Positions 1-10,554 of a stretch of DNA of 64,000 nt are shown here, one piece after another. Numbering within the stretch: position 1 is the stretch's first letter; every line of letters starts with the position of its first letter. Origin of the DNA: a bacterium (lineage in GTDB: Bacteria; Patescibacteriota; Minisyncoccia; Moranbacterales; GWC2-37-73); contig QKEW01000008.1 of the NCBI GenBank assembly GCA_003251635.1, forward strand, positions 33,489 through 97,488, written 5' to 3'. Both the position numbers and the translations under genes were made by a program. The notes beneath the pieces were generated by a model. The model was not told the origin of the DNA and did no database searches. It was given only the letters and a program-made list of their open reading frames with translations.

Positions 1-1810
1 CACTTTCTGTAGCACCATTGTCCTTAGTTAAATCATTAAGGAACTTGGTAGCATTTTTAATTTGCTTTCTATCCGTAGAATTAAATTTATCTTTAATATA
101 TTCATGCATACCTTCGTCAGACAATAGACCCTTTTGTTTAACCATTTTGGATGCATTCATGCCAGACAAATTCTTTTTGAAATCCTCCAGTTTTCCACCC
201 TCAGCCTTAATCTTAGTAAGAATGTGCTTCTCTTTAACCTTGTCTTCAAAAATATTTTTCTGAACCTTGTGCTGCTCCAAAACCGCCAGCGCCATTTGAT
301 AATTAGCGGATTTCTCAGCATCACTTGCAGTCTTTTCTCCAAATCCAGTGTTTTCGGCCATTTCCATGGCGGCGGCAATTTTCTCCTGCTCACTACCACC
401 CTTGAGCATATTTTGCAAATCACTAATCTGAGCACCGCCGGCATCTTTCCATTTCTTGCGAATTTCAAGGGCTTTGCCACGAGCAAATTCAGCCTGAGCA
501 CCCGCCGCGCTGGCATCCTTATCACCAGCCATCCTATTAAATCTGGCTTCCCATCTGCTATCTCGCAGCGCCTGAGTTTCTTGCCCGCCATATAGTTTAT
601 TGAGACCACCTTTGAAACCAGTTTTCTTGAAATCTTGCCAAGCAGCATTAGCTCCACCAGAAACACCAGTCCATCTGAGCATTTGTCTACTGCCACCCAA
701 ATTGCGACCCATCCATTTGGAAAATCCCTGTCCTTTGGAAACAACTTTGTCCGCTCCCCAAATACTCATATTCTGAGCAATACCCATTCCAATCCAAATC
801 AAAGCTACCGGCATTAAGAAATAGGCGGCATTTCCAATCCAATTAGCCAAATCCCCCACAGCGTTGGAGCTGGCCATATCAGTCAATTTGGATCTGGCAC
901 TGGTTCCAACATTAGCCATGAGAGCATTGGCCAACAGCAAAATGAAAACCATGATGGGTCCAAAGAAAGCATAGTTGTAGAGATTATTCCACCATTTGCT
1001 CGAAAGTCCACCGATGCCCGGAAAAACCGAGCCGACAAAACCGACCGGGGCCGACATGATCAAAATTGCCAAAGCAATCAAACGAATCATCATCAAAAAT
1101 CCCAACACAGTCAAAGTGACTCCCAGCACGAAAACAAAAACGATGGCGGCCAAAAGATAGGGTATGGAATATTTCGCATAACCATCCGGCAAAATAGCTT
1201 TTTCCACTCCGGTGTAGCTCATGAAATCCGTGGCCATTATCAAACCACTGCTACCATTCAGAAAAGAAAACATCATGACATTGGAAATGTCGATAATGAT
1301 GCGAACAATTGGAAAGCTAAAGTTGATCAGCAAAATTGCAATCAAGAAAGAAACATAGATATCCTTGATGTTGTGGCGGTCAACCTGAAAGATGGTAGCA
1401 AAAGCCGAATAGAGCAGCATCAAAATAAAACCCATATTGAAAAGATCGCGAAAGATCGACCAAGTCTGATAAACAACGGGCTTATCCAAAAATCCACCTT
1501 GACCCCAAAGTTCCGGACTCAAGGTCCATTCCAGCAAAGTCGCTCCGATGCTGATCATGAAACCGACAGTCATCATAACCCAATGAAGAACTTTCTGTAT
1601 CATATCTTCCGCCAAATCAGAAGTGGAAGTCGGAGCATTCACCATGCTTTCATCAGCTCCATTGCTCATAGCATCAACCAATCCATCGCCCCATCCGGCC
1701 AGCGCCGGGGAAACCACAAGAAAGTTTTGCGCGCAAAAAACAAAACCAAAAACAAAGAGGCCTGCAAAAATCGAAACTAGCTTTTTATTTTTTTGATATT
1801 TATTTTTCAT
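1..1810 (-). CDS. Multi-pass membrane protein, TrbL/VirB6-like (3' end outside window)
   Basis: Hand translation from ATG 1810: MKNKYQKNKKLVSIFAG...WSIFRDLFNMGFILMLLYSAFATIFQ...LINFSFPIVRIIIDISN, a pattern typical of CPR VirB6-like proteins; absent from the ORF track, consistent with running off the window edge. Confidence 0.7.
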   Translation of the reverse strand, partial: MKNKYQKNKKLVSIFAGLFVFGFVFCAQNFLVVSPALAGWGDGLVDAMSNGADESMVNAPTSTSDLAEDMIQKVLHWVMMTVGFMISIGATLLEWTLSPELWGQGGFLDKPVVYQTWSIFRDLFNMGFILMLLYSAFATIFQVDRHNIKDIYVSFLIAILLINFSFPIVRIIIDISNVMMFSFLNGSSGLIMATDFMSYTGVEKAILPDGYAKYSIPYLLAAIVFVFVLGVTLTVLGFLMMIRLIALAILIMSAPVGFVGSVFPGIGGLSSKWWNNLYNYAFFGPIMVFILLLANALMANVGTSARSKLTDMASSNAVGDLANWIGNAAYFLMPVALIWIGMGIAQNMSIWGADKVVSKGQGFSKWMGRNLGGSRQMLRWTGVSGGANAAWQDFKKTGFKGGLNKLYGGQETQALRDSRWEARFNRMAGDKDASAAGAQAEFARGKALEIRKKWKDAGGAQISDLQNMLKGGSEQEKIAAAMEMAENTGFGEKTASDAEKSANYQMALAVLEQHKVQKNIFEDKVKEKHILTKIKAEGGKLEDFKKNLSGMNASKMVKQKGLLSDEGMHEYIKDKFNSTDRKQIKNATKFLNDLTKDNGATES

Positions 1811-2023
1811 TTCCTAATATTTTTCCTTCCGGCCTTTTACTAAAAGCTATCAACTGAAAACTGTAAGCTGCTAAAATTATACCACAACTTTTTTAAAATA
1901 AAAATATATCTTTTTTTCCAAAGAAAAAAGCGCTCAGACAAACTTCGTCGTCACGGCGCTTAATTCAAAAATTCTACAAAAGAAAACATATATTACCTTT
2001 CGTCATTCATAATTTACCGGGAT

Positions 2024-2476
2024 TTACCGGGCAGCATACTTGTATTTGCAACCCGATCCAGGTTTACAAATTTCCACGTAAAGCTGTGGAAAAAGTTTTG
2101 CCGGGTGCTTGGGATCATGCTTGTTTTTTATTTCAATATAATCACCAAGCACGCCAACCACGGCTTCCACATAAACCGGAAGCTCGCCAGACCCACGGGC
2201 ATCATGGGCCTTAACACGAAACACTCCCTTCCAGACAATGTTGTAGGTAGTCTCCTTTTTATTAAAAACTACCTTTTTATATTTAATCTCATTAACAGAG
2301 ACCCAACTGTCAAAAGTGACAGCTTTTCTGCTGAAAACGTCTTGGCATACCTTGCCAAAAATAAATTCCAGCTCCCCATTAGAGAGCGACGTTTCATTTT
2401 CAGCTTCAGCGGCTGCAACATTGCCCATTGTCGCAAAAACCAAAACCATCACCACCAACACCACCAGCTTTTTCAT
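2024..2476 (-). CDS. Hypothetical secreted protein
   Basis: GAGGAGG RBS before ATG 2476; signal peptide MKKLVVLVVMVLVFATMGNVAAA. Confidence 0.7.
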   Translation of the reverse strand: MKKLVVLVVMVLVFATMGNVAAAEAENETSLSNGELEFIFGKVCQDVFSRKAVTFDSWVSVNEIKYKKVVFNKKETTYNIVWKGVFRVKAHDARGSGELPVYVEAVVGVLGDYIEIKNKHDPKHPAKLFPQLYVEICKPGSGCKYKYAAR

Positions 2477-2759
2477 GTCTTCCTCCTCATAGGAAAAATA
2501 TGTTTCTTTCTTTATATATAGAGCAAAGAACCATTCCCTGCTCATTTTTTAAAAAGCTAATTCCTGTTTGATGCACAATCAAATGCTCAAATATCAAACA
2601 TTCAATTATATATCAAAATCGCCCAACTGTCAAGTCAAATTTCCGCCCAAATAATTCTCAAAAAAAGTCCTTTCAATAAGCCCAAAACTGACATCTAAAT
2701 TTACTACACTGGATTTTAATTTTTCTTACAAAAATAGCCTTGCATCATTTGGCGCAAGG

Positions 2760-3545
2760 CTATTTTAAAAATTTACCGCTTGAATTTCTGTTATTCAACC
2801 AATCAAACACGCAATTCCAAATATCTTGAGACGCATTTGAAAAAGAAAAGTGTCCCTCTGATGGCAACAAACGGAGCTTGATCCCAAATCCCGCCGCAAA
2901 CCGTGAAACGGGAATATAATTAACCTCCAGGTCCTTTTGACCTTGAATAATTAAAATTTTTGAAACAACTCCGGCGCCTTTTTTGACTGCTAACGCAGGA
3001 TTAATCTTTTTACCTGTCAAAAGTTTTTTCCAGTCTTTTGGGTTAAATCTATAAACATTTGGAAATGCAACCGCAATAAACTCTCCGAGCTTTTTCAAAT
3101 CCTGCTCAGGGTAAATTGTGTTAAATTTACTAAAATCAACAACCGGAGAAAGAGCCACGATTTTACTAATCCCTGAAACAACCGAGGCTTCCAAAGCGAC
3201 GGAGCCACCAAAACTAACCCCAACTAAAAATATTTCATCTAAGTCAAAAGAGAATGTCTTCCCACTGAATAACTCCTGAATTTTTCCAGATTTAAGCAAT
3301 TCGATCCAGATTTCAATCTCCTCAATAATTGGTCGCTTTAAAAATTTTCCGTCACTTTCCCATGTTCCTCGATAACGCGGATAAAGAACTAAGAAGCCCT
3401 GATTTGCCAAAAACTCCATCGTTTCCTTTCTTCTTGGAACCACCGGCAAACCATCACAAAGTATCATGGCCTTGGTTGGCTTTATTTCTTGCGAAAAAGC
3501 AAACTCCATCAAAATGCCTTTGTGTTTTGTTCTGTAAATTATCAT
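2760..3545 (-). CDS. Alpha/beta hydrolase
   Basis: YRGTWESDG, nucleophile elbow GVSFGG, C-terminal EGH. Confidence 0.8.
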   Translation of the reverse strand: MIIYRTKHKGILMEFAFSQEIKPTKAMILCDGLPVVPRRKETMEFLANQGFLVLYPRYRGTWESDGKFLKRPIIEEIEIWIELLKSGKIQELFSGKTFSFDLDEIFLVGVSFGGSVALEASVVSGISKIVALSPVVDFSKFNTIYPEQDLKKLGEFIAVAFPNVYRFNPKDWKKLLTGKKINPALAVKKGAGVVSKILIIQGQKDLEVNYIPVSRFAAGFGIKLRLLPSEGHFSFSNASQDIWNCVFDWLNNRNSSGKFLK

Positions 3546-3583
3546 TAATGCTGCATTATAGTTACAGAATAATTTTATTATTT

Positions 3584-4306
3584 TTAGCTAAAAAAAACAA
3601 GTTTCTTGGCGGCTAAATAAATTTTTTCCATAATAAAAAATCTTGCACTCAAAAAATCAATTGAAAAATCTGAATATGAACTTATTTTACCATTAACCAT
3701 TAAACCATCAATAACATCCCACTCACCCGCATTCAATAAATTTGGTATTTTAATCCTTAGTAATTCTAAAAATCCGCCATAATCACACTGTTTATTTTCC
3801 AGAATCCACAATAAATCATAGGCTGATTTCAGTAATCTTTTATTCAACTGATAATTGAAACTTGGATCATAATCGCATTTTGATTCCAAAAATACTCTTC
3901 GAAAAAATTGGGCATATTCAATTATTTTTTCAAACAAACTTCGTTTTATTGCAATATCTGATGGCTTTGGCATGAGCAAAAAAACATTTTTCCCAAATAA
4001 AACATGTCCTCTTTTCAATACCTCTAAAAAATAACAGCCATGATTTATAACTCGAAAATCATTAGCATCAACCGGAATTTCCCCCTCAAAAATTATTGGC
4101 AAATCAACGTTAAATTCAAGTTCTTGAACAATATTCCTGAGGACTATAAATAAATCCAACTGGTAATTTTTGAATACCGCAACAAGATCCTTATCGGAAA
4201 AAACGCCATTACCACCACGCAAACCCGAACCATAATAAATTATTCCACTTAAATTGAATGGGAACACTTCCAGACATTTATCAACAAAGGCTTCTAAGCT
4301 ATTCAC
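3584..4306 (-). CDS. Nucleotidyltransferase-domain protein (pol beta superfamily)
   Basis: YYGSGLRG...SDKDL motif; GTG 4306 chosen to avoid overlap with the upstream gene. Confidence 0.65.
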   Translation of the reverse strand: MNSLEAFVDKCLEVFPFNLSGIIYYGSGLRGGNGVFSDKDLVAVFKNYQLDLFIVLRNIVQELEFNVDLPIIFEGEIPVDANDFRVINHGCYFLEVLKRGHVLFGKNVFLLMPKPSDIAIKRSLFEKIIEYAQFFRRVFLESKCDYDPSFNYQLNKRLLKSAYDLLWILENKQCDYGGFLELLRIKIPNLLNAGEWDVIDGLMVNGKISSYSDFSIDFLSARFFIMEKIYLAAKKLVFFS

Positions 4307-4319
4307 TTTCAAAAGCCTT

Positions 4320-5354
4320 TTAATAAATAAATCCTTTGATAACCCGGCTGCTGGCTGAGAGATTACGCCGACTGGTTTTGGCCCAGCCAACATAATTCAT
4401 TTCCGAGACCGTAATCATATCACCCTTAACTTTTTCCACAAAAGCCACATGTCCATAATAACGATCCTCGGTTGTCACCACAATTGATCCAACTTTCGGT
4501 GTCTTGCCAGTTTTATAGCCCATTGACTTAGCCTTATATAGCCAGGTTCCAGCGTTCCCACTCCAAGGCACATAACGTTTTTGCGCCACATACCAAGTGC
4601 AATAACCGTAGGGGAAAATATGTCCGGTACCCGGTTTGCCGGTCAAATCGCGCCAACCGGAAATTTCCGGAGTTCCGCCAGTCGCATTGGCATAATTTCT
4701 TTTATCCAACAAAGAATCTTCGGCTCGCGTATCCCAATAAGAATTCTCGCCTTGTCCGCCTGGAATGATGATTTCATTGCCAACTTCCAAAGCTCCATTG
4801 GCTGGCAAGTCATTAAAAGAAATGATCTTGTCTTTTTCCGCCTTATATTTGCTGGCGATTGAGTCGATATTATCACCTTCTTTAACGATATAGTTGAGTC
4901 CGGCTACCGGCAGAATAAACAAAACGTCGCCCGGTCGAATCGAATCAATGTCTTCAATATCATTGGCCCATAAAATCGTATTGACCGTAATTCCATTGTT
5001 TTCAGCAATACCACTGACCGTATCTCCATCTTTAACGGTATACATCTTTACTCCACCATCTTCCTCTGGTTCACGCAAAACATTGCTACCTCCGGCAAAA
5101 GTCAAAACCGACTGATCCTGAACCACCACTTCGGCCTCTTCCTCTTCCTTCATATTCGGATCAACCGCCGTGCTGGATTTAGCCAACGGCACTAAAGCCA
5201 AATTATCTTCCCGATTTTCCTGAGCATTGATTTTTTTAGATTCAACAACTGAATTTCCATTGTTGTCTTCCCAATAGCCAAACAAAAAATCGCCCGAATC
5301 GCTACCGGCCGTCACATTGGTAGCCGCCACTAAAAGAGCGCTGGAAACTACCAC
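4320..5354 (-). CDS. LysM x2 + CHAP peptidoglycan hydrolase (start may be ATT at 5522)
   Basis: Two LysM repeats (YTVKDGDTVSGIA, YIVKEGDNIDSIA); CHAP motifs GYCTWYV and YGHVAFVE. Confidence 0.9.
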   Translation of the reverse strand: MVVSSALLVAATNVTAGSDSGDFLFGYWEDNNGNSVVESKKINAQENREDNLALVPLAKSSTAVDPNMKEEEEAEVVVQDQSVLTFAGGSNVLREPEEDGGVKMYTVKDGDTVSGIAENNGITVNTILWANDIEDIDSIRPGDVLFILPVAGLNYIVKEGDNIDSIASKYKAEKDKIISFNDLPANGALEVGNEIIIPGGQGENSYWDTRAEDSLLDKRNYANATGGTPEISGWRDLTGKPGTGHIFPYGYCTWYVAQKRYVPWSGNAGTWLYKAKSMGYKTGKTPKVGSIVVTTEDRYYGHVAFVEKVKGDMITVSEMNYVGWAKTSRRNLSASSRVIKGFIY

Positions 5355-5811
5355 TGCATGCGAAGAATAATGTCTAAATAAATGAAGAAGTTTAATGGTC
5401 CTGTGCCTTTTGATAAAGTCAGCTATACTCCTCTGACAGGCATAGAATTTGGTATTTAGCTTTTGAAGTAATTGTTTTGTCCCCCCAACAAATCCTTTCT
5501 GAAAAAGTTTTTGCTTACTAATAGGAGTGTTCCTTTCCGGTGGCTTTTGAATTTAGAGCACATTTTAAACCGTCGAATTCTATCCGACTCATCATTCAAA
5601 GCCCTAATTTTTAACTGCCTCCCATTATATTACTTGACCAAAGCTTGTCAATCACCCAAAAGTTCAAAAGTCTTTTTTTGACCTTATTTTAGCCAAAATA
5701 TTGTGGATAAGTTTTTTAAAATCAACTTTTTTCCTCGAATAATTTGAAGTAAAAAAACAAATCTCGGCAATTTATGTTATAATGGATTGTGCGACACAAA
5801 AAAACTATCCT

Positions 5812-6729
5812 ATGAATTTAAAAATTCTTTTGAATGATTTTTTGGAACACTTGGAGGTGGAGAAAAGTCGTTCACTCAAGACCCTGGAAAATTATCGCCA
5901 TTATTTGGAACGTTTTTTGGATTGGTCCGGCGCCCAAACACCCGCTGATATCACCTTTGAATCGGTGCGCAAGTTCCGCTTGGAACTCAATCGCTTTACC
6001 GACGAAAAAGGTCAGGCATTAAAAAAAGTTACCCAAAATTACCATTCTATCGCCCTCCGGAGTTTTCTGAAATACCTGGCTAAGCGCGATATCGAAACGC
6101 TTTCGGCTGAAAAAATTGAAATCGGCAAAAATTCCCCCCACGAAATCGAGTTTTTGAGCGAGGAAGAATTAATAAGACTAATTTCAGCCGCCAATGGCAG
6201 TGATTTGAAAAGCTTGAGAGATCGGGCCATTTTGGAACTGCTTTTTTCGACTGGACTTCGAGTTTCTGAGCTGGTCAACACCAATCGCGACCAGGTCAAT
6301 CTCAAATCCCAAGAATTCAGTGTTCGTGGCAAGGGCGATAAAATCCGCATCGTTTTCATTTCTGATGGCGCACGAGAAACTTTGGAAAAATATCTCAACA
6401 AAAGAACTGACATTGATGAGGCTCTTTTTATCAGACTTTGCAAAAATCAAAAAGAAAGTTCCGAAGACACTCAGCGACTAACCAGTCGCAGCATCCAACG
6501 AATTGTCAAAAACTATGCCGCCAAAGCCGGAATTGTGAAAGATGTCCATCCGCACACTTTGCGCCACAGTTTTGCCACCGATTTGCTTTCCAATGGGGCT
6601 GACATCCGTTCGGTTCAGGCCATGCTCGGTCACAGTTCCATCACTACTACCCAGATTTACACCCACGTGACCAATCGACAACTCAAAGATATCCATCGAA
6701 AATTTCACAGCAAGAAACCAAAAAAATAA
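5812..6729 (+). CDS. xerD: Tyrosine recombinase, XerC/XerD family
   Basis: TGLRVSEL, GKGDK, HPHTLRHSFAT, LGHSSITTTQIY; TGnTATAAT at 5775-5783. Confidence 0.85.
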   Translation: MNLKILLNDFLEHLEVEKSRSLKTLENYRHYLERFLDWSGAQTPADITFESVRKFRLELNRFTDEKGQALKKVTQNYHSIALRSFLKYLAKRDIETLSAEKIEIGKNSPHEIEFLSEEELIRLISAANGSDLKSLRDRAILELLFSTGLRVSELVNTNRDQVNLKSQEFSVRGKGDKIRIVFISDGARETLEKYLNKRTDIDEALFIRLCKNQKESSEDTQRLTSRSIQRIVKNYAAKAGIVKDVHPHTLRHSFATDLLSNGADIRSVQAMLGHSSITTTQIYTHVTNRQLKDIHRKFHSKKPKK

Positions 6730-6780
6730 TTTGTTTTCAAGTTTTAATGTTCCAGTGCTTTAATGTTTAAATGAAATTTT

Positions 6781-8943
6781 ATGACTAATATATTACAAGG
6801 TCTAAACCCCCAACAAAAGCTGGCTGCCAGCACAGTTGATGGACCAATTCTAATCATCGCCGGTGCCGGCTCCGGTAAAACCAAAACCTTAACTCATCGC
6901 GTGGCTTATTTGATTCAAGAAGCTAAAATTCCCCCGCGCAATATCTTGACCGTCACTTTTACCAACAAGGCTGCCCAAGAAATGAAAGAACGCATGAGTG
7001 CAATTTTGAAATCCACTGATCCCAGGCTTCTACCCAATATCGGAACTTTTCACTCCATTTGCGTACGAATTTTGCGCAGCGAAATCAAGGCTTTGAATTA
7101 CAAAACTTCTTTTCACATTCTCGACACTCAAGACCAGCAAGCTTTGGTCAAGAAAATCATGAAACAACTGGAAATTGACACCAATCAATTCAATCCCAAG
7201 GCTTTTCTCTCTGCCATCAGCAGCTCCAAAAATGAAATGATTGATGCCGAACTTTTTTGCCAACAAGCCAACGGTTATTATGAAGAAACCTTGGGCAAGG
7301 TTTTCTCCCATTACCAAGCCCGCCTGAAAGAAGATAACGCTTTGGATTTTGATGACATTTTGAATTTCACGGTTAAAATATTTGCTGAAAATCCAGCAAT
7401 TTTGGAAAAATATCAGAATTGGTTCCGCTATGTCATGGTTGATGAATATCAAGACACTAACCGTGCTCAATATCTGCTCATCAATATGCTTTGTCAAAAA
7501 CACCGCAATTTGTGCGTGGTTGGCGACGATTGGCAAAGCATCTATCGTTTTCGTGGGGCTGATATTCAAAACATCTTGAATTTTGAAAAAGACTACCCGG
7601 ATGCCAAAGTTATTCACTTGGAACAAAACTACCGCTCCACCCAAATTATTCTGGACGCCGCTCACAGCGTGATTGCCAAAAATACCAATCGCAAAGAAAA
7701 AAATCTTTGGACTGACAAAGAATCAGGACAATTGATCACTTTTTTTGAAGGAAGCGATGAACAACGAGAAGCCGAATTTGTGGCTGAGCAAATTTTGGAA
7801 ACTCTCCAAAAAAATCCCGGTTTTAAACATAACGACTTCGTGGTGCTTTACCGCACCAACGCTCAATCGCGCGTCTTGGAAGAAGTTTTTTTGCGCCGCT
7901 CTCTACCCTACCGCATCATTGGCGGCTTGAAATTTTATCAACGCAAAGAAATTAAGGACCTGATTGCCTATCTGAAACTGATCTATAATTTTTCCGATTC
8001 AATTTCCTTAGAAAGAGTTCTCAACGAACCTAAAAGGGGGTTGGGCGCCGCCACCTTGAAACATTGGCTGGAATTTTCCAATCAAACTAAAATCAACCCG
8101 ATCGAAGCTGCGCTGCAAATGACTTCAGACAACTGCAAACTTAACAATGGCAAGATTGATGCGATTCGAAAATTTTGTGAGTTTGTTCAAAGAATGAAAG
8201 AATTCAGTCAAAGAGCGCCTTTGACCGATTTGATCGAAAAGGTTTTCAAGGAAAGTGGCTACGAAAAGATGCTTTTGGCTGACGGAACCGAGGGTGAAGT
8301 TCGTTGGGAAAATGTGCGCGAATTGGTTTCAGTGGCCAGCAAATTTGCTGAAAAGGAATATTTGGAGGTTGAAGATAAGTTGGGCGCTTTTTTGGAAGAG
8401 GTGGCTCTGGCCAGCGACACTGATTCTATCGATCAAAAAATTGACAGCGTTCATCTCATGACTCTTCATAGCGCCAAAGGCTTGGAATTTCCCGTTGTTT
8501 TCATTGTCGGAATGGAAGAAGGAATTTTTCCCCATTCTCGAAGCTTGCTTTCCTACGAAGAAATGGAAGAAGAACGCCGCTTGATGTATGTGGGCTTGAC
8601 TCGGGCCAAAGAAAAAGCCTATTTGATTTTTGCCCGCCAACGGACTTTGTTTGGCGCCACTCAAGTCAATCCACCATCGCGATTTCTGGAGGATATTCCG
8701 GAAAAACTGAAAGATGAACACAAATTAAAACAACAGCCAAGTTTCAATCCGCAAATATCTGGGATTTCTTCATTTTCCAAAAACAAATCCTCGATTGAAT
8801 TTAAAGACGGGGATCGCGTTTGTCATGATCAATTTGGGAATGGTGTCGTCATTTCAGCCATTGATGATCTTTTAGTCATAGCCTTCAAGCAAGTTGGCAT
8901 CAAACGCATCTCCAGCCAATACGCCAAGCTGGAGAAAATATAA
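6781..8943 (+). CDS. pcrA: ATP-dependent DNA helicase PcrA/UvrD
   Basis: AGAGSGKT, VDEYQDTN, LMTLHSAKGLEF, EEERRLMYVGLTRA. Confidence 0.95.
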   Translation: MTNILQGLNPQQKLAASTVDGPILIIAGAGSGKTKTLTHRVAYLIQEAKIPPRNILTVTFTNKAAQEMKERMSAILKSTDPRLLPNIGTFHSICVRILRSEIKALNYKTSFHILDTQDQQALVKKIMKQLEIDTNQFNPKAFLSAISSSKNEMIDAELFCQQANGYYEETLGKVFSHYQARLKEDNALDFDDILNFTVKIFAENPAILEKYQNWFRYVMVDEYQDTNRAQYLLINMLCQKHRNLCVVGDDWQSIYRFRGADIQNILNFEKDYPDAKVIHLEQNYRSTQIILDAAHSVIAKNTNRKEKNLWTDKESGQLITFFEGSDEQREAEFVAEQILETLQKNPGFKHNDFVVLYRTNAQSRVLEEVFLRRSLPYRIIGGLKFYQRKEIKDLIAYLKLIYNFSDSISLERVLNEPKRGLGAATLKHWLEFSNQTKINPIEAALQMTSDNCKLNNGKIDAIRKFCEFVQRMKEFSQRAPLTDLIEKVFKESGYEKMLLADGTEGEVRWENVRELVSVASKFAEKEYLEVEDKLGAFLEEVALASDTDSIDQKIDSVHLMTLHSAKGLEFPVVFIVGMEEGIFPHSRSLLSYEEMEEERRLMYVGLTRAKEKAYLIFARQRTLFGATQVNPPSRFLEDIPEKLKDEHKLKQQPSFNPQISGISSFSKNKSSIEFKDGDRVCHDQFGNGVVISAIDDLLVIAFKQVGIKRISSQYAKLEKI

Positions 8944-9028
8944 AGTTTTGCAAAACAAAACCCCCTTCATTTTCGACGCATTTATGCGAAGAAATTTTCA
9001 GGGGGTCGTGAAAAACGAAAATTAAAGT

Positions 9029-9499
9029 TTATTTTTTAATAACTGCGGAATAAATGAGTCCCGGGGAATTGACAGGAAAAAAGATGTGCTTCCACCTTTT
9101 ACCCGCCCAATACATGCCAATCTTACGAGGATAATAATAATCATTTTCAAAAACCGTCCCGTCGAAAGAGATAATCCTTGTTTCGCCACCTTCCTCTTTC
9201 TTCCACTGCTCGGGTATAAAAGACCTATTCTCCCAGAGCAACTGGAAAATTTTAACATCGAGAGGCACATGATTAGCCTCTCTGAAGCGCCGCGATCTCT
9301 CTTCTTGAGTGATACCTGTCATCTTCACTAGAAGTATTTGCTCAGGAACTATTTTTTCAATTAAGAGTGAATCGAAATCCTCCTCAGCAATCGTCCATCC
9401 CTTATCAAACAGCTCGCTTTCGCAGAAAGAGATGGTTCGGTCAATGAAAAACCATGCTGGCATAACCTGATGGGGTTGACTAATTATTGTTTCTTCCAC
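9029..9499 (-). CDS. Hypothetical protein (CPR family, Trp-rich C-terminus)
   Basis: ORF with AAGGAG RBS; LDVKIFQLLWENRSFIPEQWK...FDGTV...MYWAGKRW. Confidence 0.7.
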   Translation of the reverse strand: MEETIISQPHQVMPAWFFIDRTISFCESELFDKGWTIAEEDFDSLLIEKIVPEQILLVKMTGITQEERSRRFREANHVPLDVKIFQLLWENRSFIPEQWKKEEGGETRIISFDGTVFENDYYYPRKIGMYWAGKRWKHIFFPVNSPGLIYSAVIKK

Positions 9500-9685
9500 G
9501 ATTGTTCTCCTTTCGCATGTTTATGTTATCAGTAACGAACTTTAGGCATGAAACATCGGCATTAATATTTGCAACTCAAAATCCCAATTATGCACAAATT
9601 TCCAAAGAACTATTATCGTCAACATCAAACAAGGGTCTTGAGTACTTTACAGTAATTTCTTTATAAAATCAAGCAATTATTGCAT

Positions 9686-10498
9686 TTAAGCTAAAACCTC
9701 CACCAACCCCTCCCAATCCTCCACCGAAAGTTCCTGGGCGCGGACGGTTTTGGCAAAACCCTGATTTTTCAAAATTTGCTCAATTTCTTTTTTATCTTTT
9801 TGCAAACCTCCAGCTAAATTATTAGCCAGAGTTTTTCTTTTAGCTGCAAATCCCATCTTCACAATCCGAAAAAATCCTTTGATCTCCTTGTTGGTTTTAA
9901 TGTTTTCTTGTTTTAATGTTTTTATGCTCAAAACCGCACTATCCACCCTGGGCACCGGATTGAAGGCCACTCGCGAAACATCAAACAGATATTGAGCCCG
10001 GGCATAGAATTGGACCGACACCGCCAAAAGGCTCATCTGACCCGGCTCAGCCACAATTCTTTGGCCGACTTCTTTTTGCACCATCAAAATCATTTCGCTC
10101 GGCGCCAACTCATTTTCCAAAAAGCGCCGAATGATTGGCGAAGTAATATAGTAGGGTAAATTAGCCACCACTTTGTAGGCGCCTCTACTAACTTCATTTT
10201 CTTTCAAAATTCGGTTGAGATCCAAATCCAAAACATCGCCATGGATTATTTGGACATTTTTTTGATTTTGAAATTTTTGCCTCAAATTTTCAATCAAACG
10301 ATCATCCAACTCAATCGCAATCAATTTCTGACACCTGGGCGCCAATTTTTCCGTCAAAGCTCCCTCGCCCGGACCAATTTCCAAAACGACTTCCTGTCCG
10401 CTCAAATTGGCCGCTTCAACAATTTTGTCCAAAATTTTCTCATCGTGTAAAAAATTCTGCCCCAATGATTTTTTCGGTTTGATGTTTAAATCACTCAT
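9686..10498 (-). CDS. rsmA: 16S rRNA adenine dimethyltransferase
   Basis: KKSLGQNFL, EIGPGEG, ANLPYYI, PVPRVDS. Confidence 0.95.
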   Translation of the reverse strand: MSDLNIKPKKSLGQNFLHDEKILDKIVEAANLSGQEVVLEIGPGEGALTEKLAPRCQKLIAIELDDRLIENLRQKFQNQKNVQIIHGDVLDLDLNRILKENEVSRGAYKVVANLPYYITSPIIRRFLENELAPSEMILMVQKEVGQRIVAEPGQMSLLAVSVQFYARAQYLFDVSRVAFNPVPRVDSAVLSIKTLKQENIKTNKEIKGFFRIVKMGFAAKRKTLANNLAGGLQKDKKEIEQILKNQGFAKTVRAQELSVEDWEGLVEVLA

Positions 10499-10554
10499 AT
10501 ATTCTCCTAAATGCGTAAATTATCTATCAACTAATTATATGCCGGGCTTTATCC

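Noticed and set aside
5812-6729. Recombinase as an integron integrase for the attC-like motifs
   Set aside because: No IntI-specific insertion seen; housekeeping context next to pcrA, over 30 kb away
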